Shown: positions 1 to 13,055, counted from the whole stretch's first letter. The stretch is 61,461 nt of DNA, filler included, from Sphacelaria rigidula (GCA_964200075.2; 11 parts of 11 records of this genome joined end to end with filler, not necessarily neighbours in it); one strand, 5' to 3'. Program-made: numbers and translations. Notes: a model not told the origin generated them from the sequence alone.

Positions 1-407
1 AACGGTTTATACAGCATGACTGCTTGCGCGTCATGAGGAGTCGACTCGTATGAATTCTGATTTGTCCTTACCGTGCAACTTTGCTTGGGATAATGTTTTT
101 TTACTTCTTGTGTTTTTCACCGTTTTTCGGGGGTCCGACGGGGGTCCAAGTCGTTTTTCGAGGTAGTCTCCATTCTGGGACCCGGGAAAATCGGCACGAC
201 GACCTTTTCTTTCATTTTTTCGTGAGTGAGCTGTCCCCGCATAACCCGAGGAAGGGTCCCACAAACGTTTGCCGCAAAACTCAATCAATTGATGCTTGAA
301 TTTTCATGTTCATGTCAAAGAAGGCCCAAAAATGCCGTTTTCTTACTAAAATCAAGTAGTTTGCGGTTTCACCGCGGCACGTCAAAGTTCATCGCACAAA
401 AGCGAAA

Positions 408-689
408 AACCTCACGCCGTTTCAAGGAGTTAAACCCTGAATTTTCGCCAGGCTGTACTATGGGTCATTACGCAACTTTGGATGAACGAGGTTTTTCGAG
501 TTTCTTTTCTTTACCGTTTTACGGGGATCCCATTGGACAGATGTTTCCCGGGAAAAACTGGGACCCGCGAAAAACGGTAAAAAAAGTCAAAAAGTCGAAA
601 AAGCTCGACCTTCGGAAGTTGCGTAATACCCCATAGAACATATGTGCAAAATTTCAGGGTCTAACTCCTTAAAACGGCGTGAGGTTTCG
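408..689. repeat. Dispersed palindromic repeat (family P1), ~70-bp inverted arms
   Basis: Arm aacctcacgccgttttcaaggagtta...gggtcattacgcaact (408-478) is the imperfect reverse complement of agttgcgtaataccc...taactccttaaaacggcgtgaggttt (618-689). Homologous copy at ~25960-27270; partial arm at ~11320-11375. Confidence 0.85.
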
Positions 690-1430
690 CCGATGAGTGT
701 TTTTTGGGCGATATGCCTGAATCAGCCTGTACATATATCATGTACATCGTGTCAAATGTTTATAGAGAACGACCCATAATTGAGCTGCTAAGTCGCGTGT
801 TCACATCCCTGTCCGCGTCCTGGGCGGCCCAGCCTGTGGACGGTGCAATGGTTGGTGTTGCACGTGGCAATTCAATCGTTTTCTTGGTGTTTTTTTTAAT
901 TCAATTTTCCCATTTTTTCAGGCCAGGTATCATTCGCACTATTTGTTTCATGATGACTGTTTCGCAGCTCTGGGTTCGCGAGATCGGACTAATGTGCGGA
1001 AATAACAATAACAACAACAACGACAACAATAATTATAAGCTGTACATCAGCCCGTGGTCTGCTTATGCATCTCCAGATGAAAACAAGGCACCGCAGAGGT
1101 TCGAAGAGGTCCTCAAAGCGACTACAATACTTATAGCCGCACGGTGCTCCTCTTCACTCGCGGCTCGAAACCGCCGTACATTATAAAAAAAACATACATG
1201 AGAGTAAATATATATGGACAGACGAAGACAAAAAAAACGCTCTAGGTTTTCGATATCTTCGGGAATAACAGGGAATGATACCACGATATCACGTGCCACG
1301 TTGTATGTCCCCGCTCAAGCATCCCGAACCTTTCAGCTTAGGAACAACCAACGACCAAATGCACGCATACAAGAAAACAAATGGGAAAACAAGGATATGT
1401 GAACGGAATTTGACCCCCAAGCCTTCTCAC

Positions 1431-1534
1431 CGATCGACAAACTTGTAGCCCTCCCAGGCGGGCTGGTAAATGAAGCCCTTGATAAAAGACGTATTGGTCC
1501 CCTTGTGCTCTCCCAAGATTCCCGCCACTTCATC
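1431..1534 (-). CDS. GT14 family glycosyltransferase, internal exon (third seen)
   Basis: ttccag acceptor, GTGAGA donor; DEVAGILGEHKGTNTSFIKGFIYQPAWEGYKFVDR; phase 0 join to ...SDLPLIST from exon 4444-4556. Confidence 0.75.
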
Positions 1535-1604
1535 CTGGAACAATTCCACAAGTCGAAACGTCGGACGGCTCATGAGTTACCTAAATATTACGTCCTATCA
1601 GTGT

Positions 1605-1948
1605 TATCATCCCATGTATTCTGGGCGCCGGTCTACACCTTCCGGTATATGTGGGCGCACGAGCCGGGGTCACACAGGAGCAATACGAGAGCTTCATCTC
1701 TTTTTATTTGTTATTAGTACCCCACCTTCCTTCTGCAGTGCTTGCCTTTTATTTTACATCGCGAGATGGGTTCCGCATTCCCTTTCCCTCGTCGATCGTC
1801 GAGTCGAATTCCGTGTACACACGACATGGTCGCTCTCCACTGTTGGGCATGGTGTGAAAAAAATCCCAGATCGCTCCGAGAATTGAACCCACGACCCGAC
1901 CGTCAGAAGGTTATGGGCTTACCAACTGAGCCACCGGGGCGACCGGCC
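1605..1948 (-). mobile_element. Full-length tRNA-derived SINE
   Basis: Minus strand starts GCCCCGGTGGCTCAGTTGG (A box) ... GGTTCAATTC (B box) but has no intact acceptor or anticodon stem. Flanked by direct repeat ATCAGTGT (1597-1604 and 1949-1956). 3' body shared with ~3690-3850 and ~48955-49028. Confidence 0.85.
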
Positions 1949-3654
1949 ATCAGTGTACCGATCCCGATCATGAACTAGCTCATTTGGCCCCTTTTCCCAT
2001 AGTCGTTCCCTACAGCGCTGGACTCCGAGCACGTGAAGTTGCGCAAAGGTTGCGCTTTGGCCTCTCGGGCCCCGCTGTCAATAAAAGTGTCTTCTTGGAC
2101 AAGGGGTATGAGAGGCCTCTTCGATCGATTATTTCAAGCACTTCATGAGCCATCCGACGTGTAAATCATTCGTCGAGACACTTCACCAACAACGACAGAG
2201 TAAATGGAAAATAATGCCCGAACCAAATAAATTCAAACCCTTGCGCGCGAGCGAAACCCAGCCGAGCGTTATCCCCCCCCCCCCGAAAACATTTGCATAG
2301 TCAATAGTGAGAGGATCGCACCCTCCCCGGGACAACGACAATAAACAACATTGGCACGAATCGTACTGCGTACAGTATCGGATGTATTTTCTATTGCAAG
2401 AGAAATACATTCGATACTGCACAGAGAAAGAATATTTCGCGCTAAGGTAAGCTCATGTCCGGGGTGTGAAAAGAACATCAAAAATGGGATTTGTGTGGGG
2501 GCACCGAGTACAGAGCATGTCCGTGCCATATTATCATGACCGTTGCGTTACTTCGTCTTTCATGCACTGACAGTAGTTGTGGAAACGACTGCTGCCGAGA
2601 TAGCCCCCCCTCCCCCCCAACTGGCCAAAAAAGTGCGCGGAGGCGATGGTTTCGTGCTGCATCTCATGTGGGCGAAATTGCTGCAAACGAGCTCAATAGT
2701 GGGATCGCAGCCGGTTTGTCGGACGGTCTCCGGTGCACGTTTTGTGGGGGGGCTATCTCGGCATTAGTCAAACATGGCACGCGCGTTTTTGTTGTTCTTG
2801 TTTTTGTTGCATATTTTCAACCCCTCTCCATATTGGGAACGAGTCAGCCCTGTGGTGTCGAGGGATCTCTGGATACACGCCTTGCAATTGGTATCGCGGA
2901 TTGAATAATGAATACTCCCGCACCGTGTCGAGTTTTCTTCAAAAACATATTCTCCCTTACTCAAGTTCTGGCTCTTTTTCGACGCCGGATATCATATATT
3001 TTGTCAGCAAACCCGGAATACATTTACCGGATTCGATCCCGCATTTTCCCAGCAAACGATACAGCCTGTCGCATCGGACCACCGGGGCGCGGCGACCTTT
3101 GGAAACAGCACATAGCGGTGAAGCCGCCTTGTGGGAAATGACTGTGGTTCTCTTTCTCCGTTATTGCCATGCATCGGGCCCTGGGGTGTTTTTCTCTGCT
3201 TGTCAATATATCAGGCGATGGTTTGGAGATGCAGCAATTTGCCAGTCATGAGTGAGTCCGCAAAGTATGCTCCAAGCAGCCCTGTAGCACAGACAAGAGT
3301 TCTACCGTAGATTGTAGCAGTCACCATCCCACCCTCCAAGACAGTTCCAGCCACAAGCCCGCACCACACTACACCACACTACTATCACCGCCGTGCCGTC
3401 TCCGCTCTTGGCTGCGCTCGAAATAGCTTGGCACTTAAACGATAGCCCGCGGTGGGATCGGGGGACTGGGACATGTTGTCGAGGCAAATATGATGGTGGA
3501 CGCACGACGAAAACTTGCGTCCATTTCGGGCTCTGCGTTACAGATCCATCCGTAATCAATCATACTGAATTCAATATGATGCACAGACGTCGCGCCCCGG
3601 TGGTCTGATGGTCCGACTGTCGCCATTACGGTGGAGAGAACGTGGGTTGCATTT

Positions 3655-4117
3655 CTGGCACATGTGTGTGTGTACGTGTGCGGATTGTCGTCCCATCTAT
3701 TCTGGAGGCTGGTCTACACCTTTCGGTATACATGGGCGCACGAGCCGGGGTCACACAGGAGGAAGGCCGACACAGGAGTTTTTCCTTCTTGTTTGCTTTA
3801 GTTCTCCACCTTCCTTCTACGGTGCTTGCCTTTTATTTTTTATCGCGAGAGGGGTTCAGCAGTCCCTTTTCCGGCAGTTGCGTTGGGTTCTTGTCTTCGA
3901 AAGCATCTGGTTCCCACCGTCGAAGGCGTGAGTAAACAAAAACTAGTTGCCTGAGTTTGTTTGACGAGAACTGACGCGGTGCGGGATTGCTGACCTCATC
4001 CGCGAGACCGAAATACAAAGCGTGTAACAGGGAGAGACGGGTTGATCCCTAGAGATCACCGACTCGTCCCGAGGCACGGGAGAGGTGCAAAATGTGATGG
4101 ACAAAAAAAAAAAAAAA
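3655..4117 (-). mobile_element. SINE-like retroposon: same 3' tail as the 1605-1948 SINE, different middle region
   Basis: ggtctacacctttcggtatacatgggcgcacgagccggggtcacacagg matches 1630-1680; degenerate (CA)n-like tail; 3955-4100 matches 33582-33720. Confidence 0.75.
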
Positions 4118-4443
4118 GTATAATACAAATACCCGCCCCATAATACCACCCCGTAATCAATTGTTCCATGGGATTGTTAGCCGGCGATACTATTTGGCCA
4201 TGACGATGCCATGCTCCATGCCACTCTTTAAATTGTTTTACTTCTTCGATAGTACTCCGGGGTATCTCACAAGTACACAAGCTTTTGATAGCTGCTCCGA
4301 CACGTCGCAGAGCGACCTCATCGATATACCTCAAGTTCTTCACTGGAACAAACCACACACGAAATCTTTGTCAAACTCAAACGCACACGCATACGCAAGA
4401 GCAATTGCACGCCCCGCCAGGCGGGCTGTAGAGGGTCTCTCAC

Positions 4444-4556
4444 CGTAGAGATGAGCGGCAGGTCAGACGCGCTTAGGTTGATGAAGTAGTCCCAGTTACT
4501 GGTCCAGTGCAACGCCTTCGTGATACCATAAACAACGTTAAGCGTCATCGTGAAGC
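4444..4556 (-). CDS. GT14 family (Core-2/I-branching, xylosyltransferase-like) glycosyltransferase exon
   Basis: ccag acceptor, GTGAGA donor; (G)FTMTLNVVYGITKALHWTSNWDYFINLSASDLPLIST contains the family motif WDYFINLSxxDxPL. Confidence 0.9.
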
Positions 4557-4754
4557 CTGGTGTGATTAAAAACCAAGAGAAAACGCATCGGTTTGGCAAA
4601 AAGAGAAGGCCAGAGCGTCATCGATCAGTCCAAGCAGCCACAGCAGCAACAAGCAGCAACAGCAGCAATAACAACAACCTCAAGACCGAGCTAGCAGACA
4701 CCAACAAGGCCATCGTAATAACCCCGAAGACCCTTCCTCTCGTCCACCACTCAC

Positions 4755-4872
4755 CACCCCAAGTGATGGGCATCGCAGGTTCCACGAGCTGAATGTTCTC
4801 CACCCCCCGACCTCGCTGCTCGAGTGTCTGTGCTATTCGCCGCTCCAGGGCTTGTCGTGCCTTCGGCTCGGC
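4755..4872 (-). CDS. GT14 family glycosyltransferase exon
   Basis: cgcag acceptor, GTGAGT donor; AEPKARQALERRIAQ...PAMPITWG; phase 1 join rebuilds the conserved ITWGGF motif. Confidence 0.85.
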
Positions 4873-5428
4873 CTGCGATCGATCAAACACCAAACACGAC
4901 CAAGTCCGGCAGGCATCGCCAAGAGCCCCGTGGGCATCGGCAAAAAAGCCGGGACACTGTCAAGATACAAACCTCACCGTAGTTGCTACGGGTGTCCATC
5001 GAAAACACTAGTACTGGGTATATGGCCTTCTGCTTGAAGCGATACGGTCTCAGCGGAAGGGTTCAGGGTTATGTACTCGAAAAAAAAAGAAGAGTATAAT
5101 GGGGATTTTGGCTTTGGGGTAGCTCATCCGACAACTGAACTCGGGTAGCGTAGCTCTTCCAGCAGCATGATGGGAATCTTCGGCGATGATTGCAATACCA
5201 AAAAAAAGCAACTGTGCCCAAAAACCACGCCATGAGTTTTCCACAACACCTGAAGTATATATCGCCTGCCGAAAACACTGTATCTAGGAGTACCTAGAGT
5301 ATCCCCATCTCAACATAGTCGTGCTTATACTGCATCCGTAGATGCTTCACCCTATCCTACGCATCTTTGGTTGATATGTTCAGCCGTTTCTCCGAACTGG
5401 GTTCCGAAATTCACCCTCATAGAGCGTA

Positions 5429-5473
<45 letters not shown>

Positions 5474-5497
5474 CCCCCCCCCCCCCCCCCCCAACAC

Positions 5498-5597
5498 NNN
5501 NNNNNNNNNNNNNNNNNNNNNNNNNNNNNNNNNNNNNNNNNTTAATTAATTAANNNNNNNNNNNNNNNNNNNNNNNNNNNNNNNNNNNNNNNNNNNN
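5498..5597. other. Artificial contig linker (N44-TTAATTAATTAA-N44)
   Basis: 100-bp spacer with stops in all six frames; identical at all ten junctions. Confidence 0.99.
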
Positions 5598-6397
5598 CCC
5601 CATCGGGGGTCCGCCCCTACAAAGCCGGGACGGAGCACCCCGGGTTCTCGCCGGACCAGGTTAAAGCCGGGGAAGGGGGGGATGGGCGACTGGGTAGAGA
5701 GCCCTCATGAGTATTCCACAGCCTCGTCTGAACTGGGGGCAAGCAAAGACGGTTAGTTGTGTCGTCGTGTTGTTCGCTTGCCTGTCGCTCAGTAGCAGAA
5801 GTACACAGCACTCATGTGGCGTAGGGGCCCATATTCCCTGGTGCCTTACAGCACTGTACAAAATATGTGTTCGTCATTGTTGTCCGTCACCTGCGCGCGA
5901 ATCAACGCTTGTTTCTGCTTGCTTTTGGTCTCTCAGCTAGGCCGTGTCTGTTGCCTGCAAGCCGGGGTTTGGCTACATGTATCTTGATATCGACCTTCCC
6001 CCCCCTACCCCCCCCCGACACACATATATTTCACTCGCCCGTGCGATACCCAAGTAGTGTGATTGCACCCAGGACGAAATTCGAGCACCTTGTTTTGTAG
6101 GGAATTTCCCGCATAGTTTGATACCGGGCGGTGAGTTCCGTACTGCTGTACTTGTGGACCAACCTAGCTCGTTGAGTTATAGCGCGGAAACTCTTGTGTG
6201 TTTAGCGCTTTCTGTTTCGTGAGGGGCAGGAGGCAAGTATTGGCGTCCTTGATTTCTCAAGTGTCACGTGTCGTGGGGTTTTACGTGGCAACTCTTGTAT
6301 AACAACCCGGATCATTGGGTGATCGCCAGTCAGCAAAGTGCAATGCCTATCTCGCGTCACGTGGGCTCATCACTTTGCCTTGTGGATGCACGGTTGC

Positions 6398-6651
6398 ACG
6401 GTTGGAACTATCGCCCGTTGGAATCACGAAATCCACTAGTTCTTGGGCCTGATTGCTTGGAAGAGAGAGAAAAAAGTCGACCGCTGGTCAAGAAGATCTA
6501 CACGCATTTTTTGCGCCATTCCACGTGCTTGGGCCGCGCGTACCTGGGTTGCAACGCTGAAAACATACCCAAGGATTGATTCGTACCGTTCGAATCAACT
6601 AGACTAAAATCAAGTGATTTCCAGACGAATCATTTATTCGTCCGATCCTTG
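6398..6651. mobile_element. Short derivative of the hAT-like MITE at 9091-9772
   Basis: tttttgcgccattccacgtg...gcgtacctgggttgcaacgctgaaaac is near-identical to 9203-9259; degenerate ends cacggttgga / tattcgtccgatcc. Confidence 0.65.
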
Positions 6652-6824
6652 CACCGTTGGCATCTATGACTAGCCGGTAATTGCCTAATAGTCGGTGTCT
6701 CTTGATCATGTCCGTAGGTCGCAGTCATGTCGCGTTGTATTCCAACCCTTGGCATGGATCTGGCTCACGTACTGTGCTGTCGTTAATGTGTGCGTGTCTG
6801 CATATCCTCCTTTTTTTGTGGCAG

Positions 6825-6891
6825 GATGGTGTAAAACGGGTGATGGAAGCAGCGATCCTTCAGCAGGGAGATCCTGTTGAAGTCACGCACG
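6825..6891 (+). CDS. Syntaxin (Qa-SNARE) exon
   Basis: ggcag acceptor, GTGAGC donor; DGVKRVMEAAILQQGDPVEVTH; phase 1 join to the SNARE-motif exon. Confidence 0.8.
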
Positions 6892-7628
6892 GTGAGCACG
6901 CAACCTGGCCGTGTCCCAGACATTATCCGCATTTGTCGCTGACCGACGATCGCGCTTGTTCGATATTTTCGTCCTTACCCTGTCTGTCGGCGGGGGCCAT
7001 ATCACCATGAGGAATAGGTCGGTGTCGTGTACTCGACGTAGAAAACAGAACAAAAGTAAGGTCCTGATCCAGCTATCCAACCTCATGGTTTGCCGTCCAT
7101 ACATCCGCGCTGTTTAGTTGTTTCAACCCCAGGATCAGCGGCTGAGCTTTGTTGTTGTGTTCAAAGCGCTGTGTCGTCCTTGGTCACTGCTGCAATACTC
7201 ATCGGCGTGGAATTGTTCTGCATCTCGCTTTTGTCGCGGAGGGTCGCCCTCCAGGTAGCTAGTCCAGTTGGTGATGTCTGGCTCTAGCCCTGCTGGGGCG
7301 TGGGTAAGATGCGACGCCGAAATTAGATTTTCACACCAGACCTGTTGTTGCCGGCCGAAAGGCCACAATGATTTAATGGTGCATATTTGATTTAATTTTA
7401 ATTTTAATTCGGGGTGGATTATTTATTTTTTGGAATAAGGAAGACAATATGAAAATGCCTAGAGAAGGCTCACTCCAGTTCATGACAATTGCGCTGGACT
7501 AAAACTAAGCAACCAAAGCCCACCCCCACCCAAAGCCGCATCCAGCCGGTGAGCATCGGACGCTCGTGATCAATTCCCTGAAGCACGTGCCTACCTCCCG
7601 CTTGATTTTGTACGCGTGTTTTCGGCAG

Positions 7629-7765
7629 TTTTGGAGGAGGTGAAGGACACATACCACGACGTTCGGCGATTGGAGGCGTCTATCCTCGAACTACACAAGA
7701 TGTTTATGGATCTGGCGTTGCTAGTGGACCGACAAGGCGAAATGCTAGACCAAATAGAGTATCAG
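7629..7765 (+). CDS. Syntaxin SNARE-motif exon
   Basis: LEEVKDTYHDVRRLEASILELHKMFMDLALLVDRQGEMLDQIEYQ is a typical syntaxin-1/SYP1-like Qa SNARE helix with zero-layer Q; canonical splice sites. Confidence 0.95.
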
Positions 7766-9090
7766 GTGCGGCGGTTGTTGTACCGCGTATGGAGTGTGTC
7801 GTGATTCACCATACCCGTAACTTGAAATGTAGTTCTTGATTCCTCGTTGTTGTAAAATGGAAGTGGCGAGAATCTCTTGCATGCTGAGCCACGCCTTGCT
7901 TCCCCCTTTTGTGACAAGCCGCGCCTTCGGGGTGCACACCTGAATAGAATGCAGGCTTTCTTTTTCCAGGGCTTTCCACGCAGACCGTTTGCATCTGCTT
8001 ATTTTTATTTCTCACCTTCATCCAACACACGTGACGAACCCTCTATTGGGAAAAATGCGAAAGAGGGAATTCTCGCACATTTCTGAACACACACAAGAGA
8101 GTGACAACTATTGCTGGCGTCGACGAGGAGCCTATCAGGACAGGTATTGACCAACAGCTGGTTTGTGCTTCAAATGGCGGTCCATCACTGTCTACAGAAC
8201 CAAAAACAGTTGGGTGACAGTCGAATGTGACGAAATACAAATGCATACAGTAGTCACTGCTCATTTTTATTCCGTAGTGCAGCACTGTACAGAAAGTGCA
8301 CTGCCAGACATCCTGTTCAAAGACCATGTGTCCTACATGTAGTCGAACAGTTTCCGAGTTCCGCTGAGAGAGCCAACGGCGGCAGGCCAATCGAACATGT
8401 ACGTCACAATATTTTACGATGGTTCTGATTGGTTATTTCCCATCTTGCCTCCCATCAAAACCTGCTTGTGGAGCTTGCACGGCCCACTCAACACGGTTGT
8501 CGAGCAGTGATCGGGGCCAAATACATGTATAAACATATGCTACGCCTTGTGTGTGATATATACCCGTAATACGGGCTCTAGGTTGCACCACTATGAAACA
8601 CATGGGAAATAACCCTAAACGCCTCGGTGGGAATACCTAACATTTTTCTTGTATGTAATTTGCAGGGCAGGCCAATTCGAAGGTAGAAGGTACGGATTTG
8701 ATGTGTCCATTTTTATGTGAATGACTACAAAACACAAGGGACGTCTCGTGTAGCAGTCATGTTTGCCGCTGTATACGTGGGTGCTGTGGTGTGTGCTTCG
8801 CCCCCTTGCCAAGGAGTGCTCGGTGATGTGACCTTTTTTCATACTATTTACTCTGCTGTCTGCACAGGATTATGTATATTCATCGACAATCTCTCAATAT
8901 TTCACGTGTAATTGTTTGCATCTTGAGCACGTGGTGAAAGGTGGGTACAAGCTCGATCTGGTGTTGCCTATTTTGATTGGTATGCTATGTCAAGGTGACG
9001 GTCAATCTCAAAACGATCGCAATCACATCGCGCATTCCTCCACATCTGGATTAGATATGTTTGGTTTCACCAAGAAATCGACAATGGTCT

Positions 9091-9772
9091 CACGGTTCGG
9101 ACGAATCATCCCCGGTTCGAATCACCAAATCCACGATTTTTCAAGCCTGATTGCTCAACAAAGAGAGAAGCTTACTGGTGGTCGAAAAGGTCTCGATGCA
9201 ATTTTTTGCGCCATTCCACGTGCCTGGGCTGCGCGTACCTGGGTTGCAACGCTGAAAACAAAATGGTGAGGATTGATTCGTACGGTACGGTACGAATTTG
9301 CAGACGAATCATAAACTCACGACGGAAAACTGATCATTTGCGATTGACGGTTTTTGAGCAAGATATGGTTGATGGTTTACAGCCCAGACGCAACAACATT
9401 CACCAAATGCGTATTATTCAGACCCATGCGAGTGACAAGTGGAACAAAAGAAGGTTTCCTATTTGCCGATGTGCCGTATCAGACCCTGGAACCCATTGCT
9501 GTTTTTTTATTGGAATGTGTCATGGTGTTTTTGCTAACTGTTGTCGATGGATACATTTGGACAAACCTCACTCGATCTCTCCAGGGAGGACATTTTTGCT
9601 GCACCCGCCGCGTGTGCTACTGGGTTCTTCTGTCGGTCTTCCATTATAAAATGGTTGCCGTGGGCCTTTTTTGCTTCCATCTTTTCCTCTTTGTCAGGGT
9701 TGCTGATAATGAGGCGTTTGGCCCGAGGACATGAGGGAAGGGTCCCGAAAGGGTTGATTCGTCCGACCTGTG
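9091..9772. mobile_element. Non-autonomous hAT-like TIR element (MITE) in a syntaxin intron
   Basis: TIRs CACGGTTCGGACGAATCA / TGATTCGTCCGACCTGTG (2 mismatches); 8-bp flanks aatggtct / aatgattt (6/8) fit a decayed TSD; related copies at 6398-6651 and 23180-23428. Confidence 0.8.
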
Positions 9773-9981
9773 AATGATTTTCTCCCGATTTAAAATGTCG
9801 GGCAGTGAAAAGTTTTTAGAACAGTGAGTGTTCGTGCATACACGACGAGGGTACGTCTCCATAGTACCGCATGGTTGCATGTTGTAGAACACGTATTGTG
9901 CGAGTAGATGGTCACTGCCGGCTTCTTCCGGCCCCCTCGTGTCCCCGGCTTTGTGCATTGTTCGGCGATCATGCGCTGCAG

Positions 9982-10143
9982 GTCAAGTCCGCTGCGGACT
10001 ACGTTAGAGATGCCAATGAGGACATCACGCACGCGATATCGAGCCAAAAGAAGGTTCGAAAACGACAGTGCTGCATGATCATCTTAGTATTGATCATCAT
10101 CGCAATCATCATCCTCGTCGTGGCCCTATATGGGGCTGGGTGA
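9982..10143 (+). CDS. Syntaxin C-terminal exon with transmembrane anchor
   Basis: tgcag acceptor, phase 0; VKSAADYVRDANEDITHAISSQKKVRKRQCCMIILVLIIIAIIILVVALYGAG-stop (polybasic stretch, CC, hydrophobic tail). Confidence 0.93.
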   Translation, partial: VKSAADYVRDANEDITHAISSQKKVRKRQCCMIILVLIIIAIIILVVALYGAG

Positions 10144-11094
10144 ATTCGGTAAGTGGAATATAACCTTGTCTCCAGCTTGTTTCGTATTCTGTGAGATAAG
10201 AATTTCAAGTACTGAGCCTGGTGTTGTTTGGTTGTGGTGTTATTTGGAAGCGAAAGTTCCACCTAGTTTGTTCGGGGCCTCATGACATATTTTCGGTTGT
10301 GTTGTTGCTGTTGGTGCACAAATTAAATTTGATGAACTTCACCCAGGCAACTTGACGCATGGCGGTTTAGCTGTACGGCAGGATTAATGCAACGGATTAT
10401 CATTTATTCAACGCGGTGTGGGAAATTGTTTTCTAGTGTCCGTTAGACACACGCCTGCTGTGTTCTTTTTGTCGGGATATCGACCCAAAGCAACCAGAGT
10501 TGGGTTGTCACTTGTTGAGAGCAGGAAGCGCCCACCGTGTTCGGCTGTTCCATTTCGTTGAAGTCCGTGCACAAATGTTCACAGAATGCCATACCATGCT
10601 GAGAAAGTTCCTCACACATGTCTGCACGGCGTGGGTGGTCACCGTGCTGTTCTCCTCCCATAACAATTACACTCATGGTGCGTTCGATTTTAACGTCGTG
10701 TATTCCAACAATGCGCGCTTTTCTTCCACCAGAATCCAGGGGGATCGTGTGGCCAAATTGAAGCCCTACGAGATGGTTGTCGCCACGCAAAAGCTGGTCA
10801 GAGTCGGTCCACTAGCCTACCTTCGTGGCGGGCGCCGTTCCTGACGCCTGTCCTGATCGATATCCCACCTGCATCGTATGTTGAATGGCGCGTGCAGTGG
10901 TCTGTCCAACGTGTGCGTTTGAGCGTGTAATCGTCGAGCTGCTGTGGTGCTCTCGTGGTGCCGAGTTTGGAGTCGTTTTGGTTGTCGCGAGATAAGCGTG
11001 GACTGTGGACAGAAGCATGTGGTCACACACAGCATGGACTGGGAGGAGGAGGAGAGGGGGGGGGGGTATTCACGATCTTGCATGCCGTAGTCAT

Positions 11095-11194
11095 NNNNNN
11101 NNNNNNNNNNNNNNNNNNNNNNNNNNNNNNNNNNNNNNTTAATTAATTAANNNNNNNNNNNNNNNNNNNNNNNNNNNNNNNNNNNNNNNNNNNN
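11095..11194. other. Artificial contig linker
   Basis: Same 100-bp N/TTAATTAATTAA/N spacer. Confidence 0.99.
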
Positions 11195-13055
11195 CTCTCT
11201 GTGGGGTGATGCAAAGTGTCCAAGACGTGTGTTGGCGATTTTCCCTGTTTGGGGGTCAAAAAGTGGCTCAAATGTACCAGAAGTGAACAATCCGTGGGCC
11301 AAAAATCTGTTTGCCATAACATCTGGCCTAACTCCTTAGAACAGCGTGAGGTTTTGTCGATGAGTGTTTCTCGGGTGATGAGCATGAACCAGCTCGTAGC
11401 CAAAAGCGGATTCGAGGAAACCAGCGTCGCGGTGACCACCCCGTGCTATTTCAGTAGTGTCGGGAACATAGAACAGGGGTTTAATGATTTCCGGCAGCAG
11501 GTATTATTGAGGATGGGTCGTGGGAACCTGCATAATAATCGCAGTACATGAACTAAAAACTAAGTTCTAGTGTGACCTTGTAAAATCCGGATAAACGATG
11601 GAATTACTGGGATAGAGGAGGATGTCTCTAGGCAAGCTCTACACGTGGACGAAAAAGAAGCAACGGTTATAATGCCACCTTCAAGCTCTCTACAGCTAGG
11701 TGCACGAACTTGCCGCACGGGTGAATGGAGCATTATGGGGAAATTCATGTTCAGCAAAATGTGTCTAGGGACTCGACCACGCGTCAACTCCCAGAGGATT
11801 GAATATAGGTTGACGCAATTAGTAGACCAGGTGCCAAGATGAGCACACCACAATTATTCCAAAGGACATGATGACATGTCGTCGTGCGAATCGAATTAAT
11901 AGCGAAAATATGTCCGCGTACGTATAACATCATCCACGGGAGAGTTGTCGAAGCTAGGATTCGAAGTCATGAGTCATACTGCATGGAAGGGACCGAGCAA
12001 TAATCCTGTCGTCAACCGGTTCAACCGACGACGTCCACATAAAACTATAGCGATCACACCGTAGTGTTAATAATGCATGCATAAATCACATGGCCAAACG
12101 ATTTGCAGCGATACTGAAGGTTTTGAGGTTTCGAAGACACTACACGCCAATGATCTTTCTGCGCTGATGTGGTGAAAGGCACTCCTGGGATCACCCGCAC
12201 TTGCTTTAATGATCAAAAAACAAAGACGGGGGAGAAAATGTGCCTGAAACGTCTATCCAGCACTCAGGCAGACCAAACCCAGACAGCGACCCCACTCCTT
12301 CGTTGTAATCTGGCTGCAACAGATTTGCGTGAACGATCTTGGTGATGACACGCTAGCGTGATTATTATGGAAAAAAACACTTGCGTTGTTCATGGAAAAT
12401 AACATGCTTCCCACACTCTACACGGGCTGGTAGATCGGAGCAGGTGCCAACGTTGTACATTGTGTGGCCTTGTCGGTCATGTTAAGGAGTCAGCATGTCA
12501 GATGCCGCATCCCACACGCTTCCCGCAGCTTTCTGCTTCGTCGCGATACAAATGTGAGTGAATGTTGTCGTAAGTGGATCAAGGAAAACCGCACCGATTG
12601 CCCAACAAGTACAGGTGAAACATGATTTTCAAATTGGACGTTTTCATAAATACTCCGCGTGGCATCTCTGCACAGGCAACCAGGAATTCAGTTGCACACT
12701 ACTGACCACCATGTTGCCTCTAGCGTACAGCACAGCAGTACCGCCGACCGAATCGAATCTGGAGTGCCGAGAAGTACTGAGAATTACTGAAGGTTTCTGA
12801 GGAGGGCTGGCATATTGAGCATGTTGCTAGTCTCACGAAGGTGTTTTGGTTCGGTATCGACAGCGCGTGAAGCATGCGTCGTCCGTCATTGAAGATGTGT
12901 TCGTGCTCTTCCGTTTGGTGCTTCAAATGTTTAACAAAGGGCGTTCCAAAAACCGAAGGTGGTCCGAAAGACAGCATCCAGGACATCATCGCCAAAGAAA
13001 AGTCAAGATCGGCAGCCGCTCACGAAAGGAGGAGGGTTTTTATCCACTGAAATAG

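Noticed and set aside
1869..1940. Functional tRNA gene
   Set aside because: A and B boxes are present but the acceptor and anticodon stems do not pair, and the sequence is fused to a repeat body with a TSD, so it is a SINE head.
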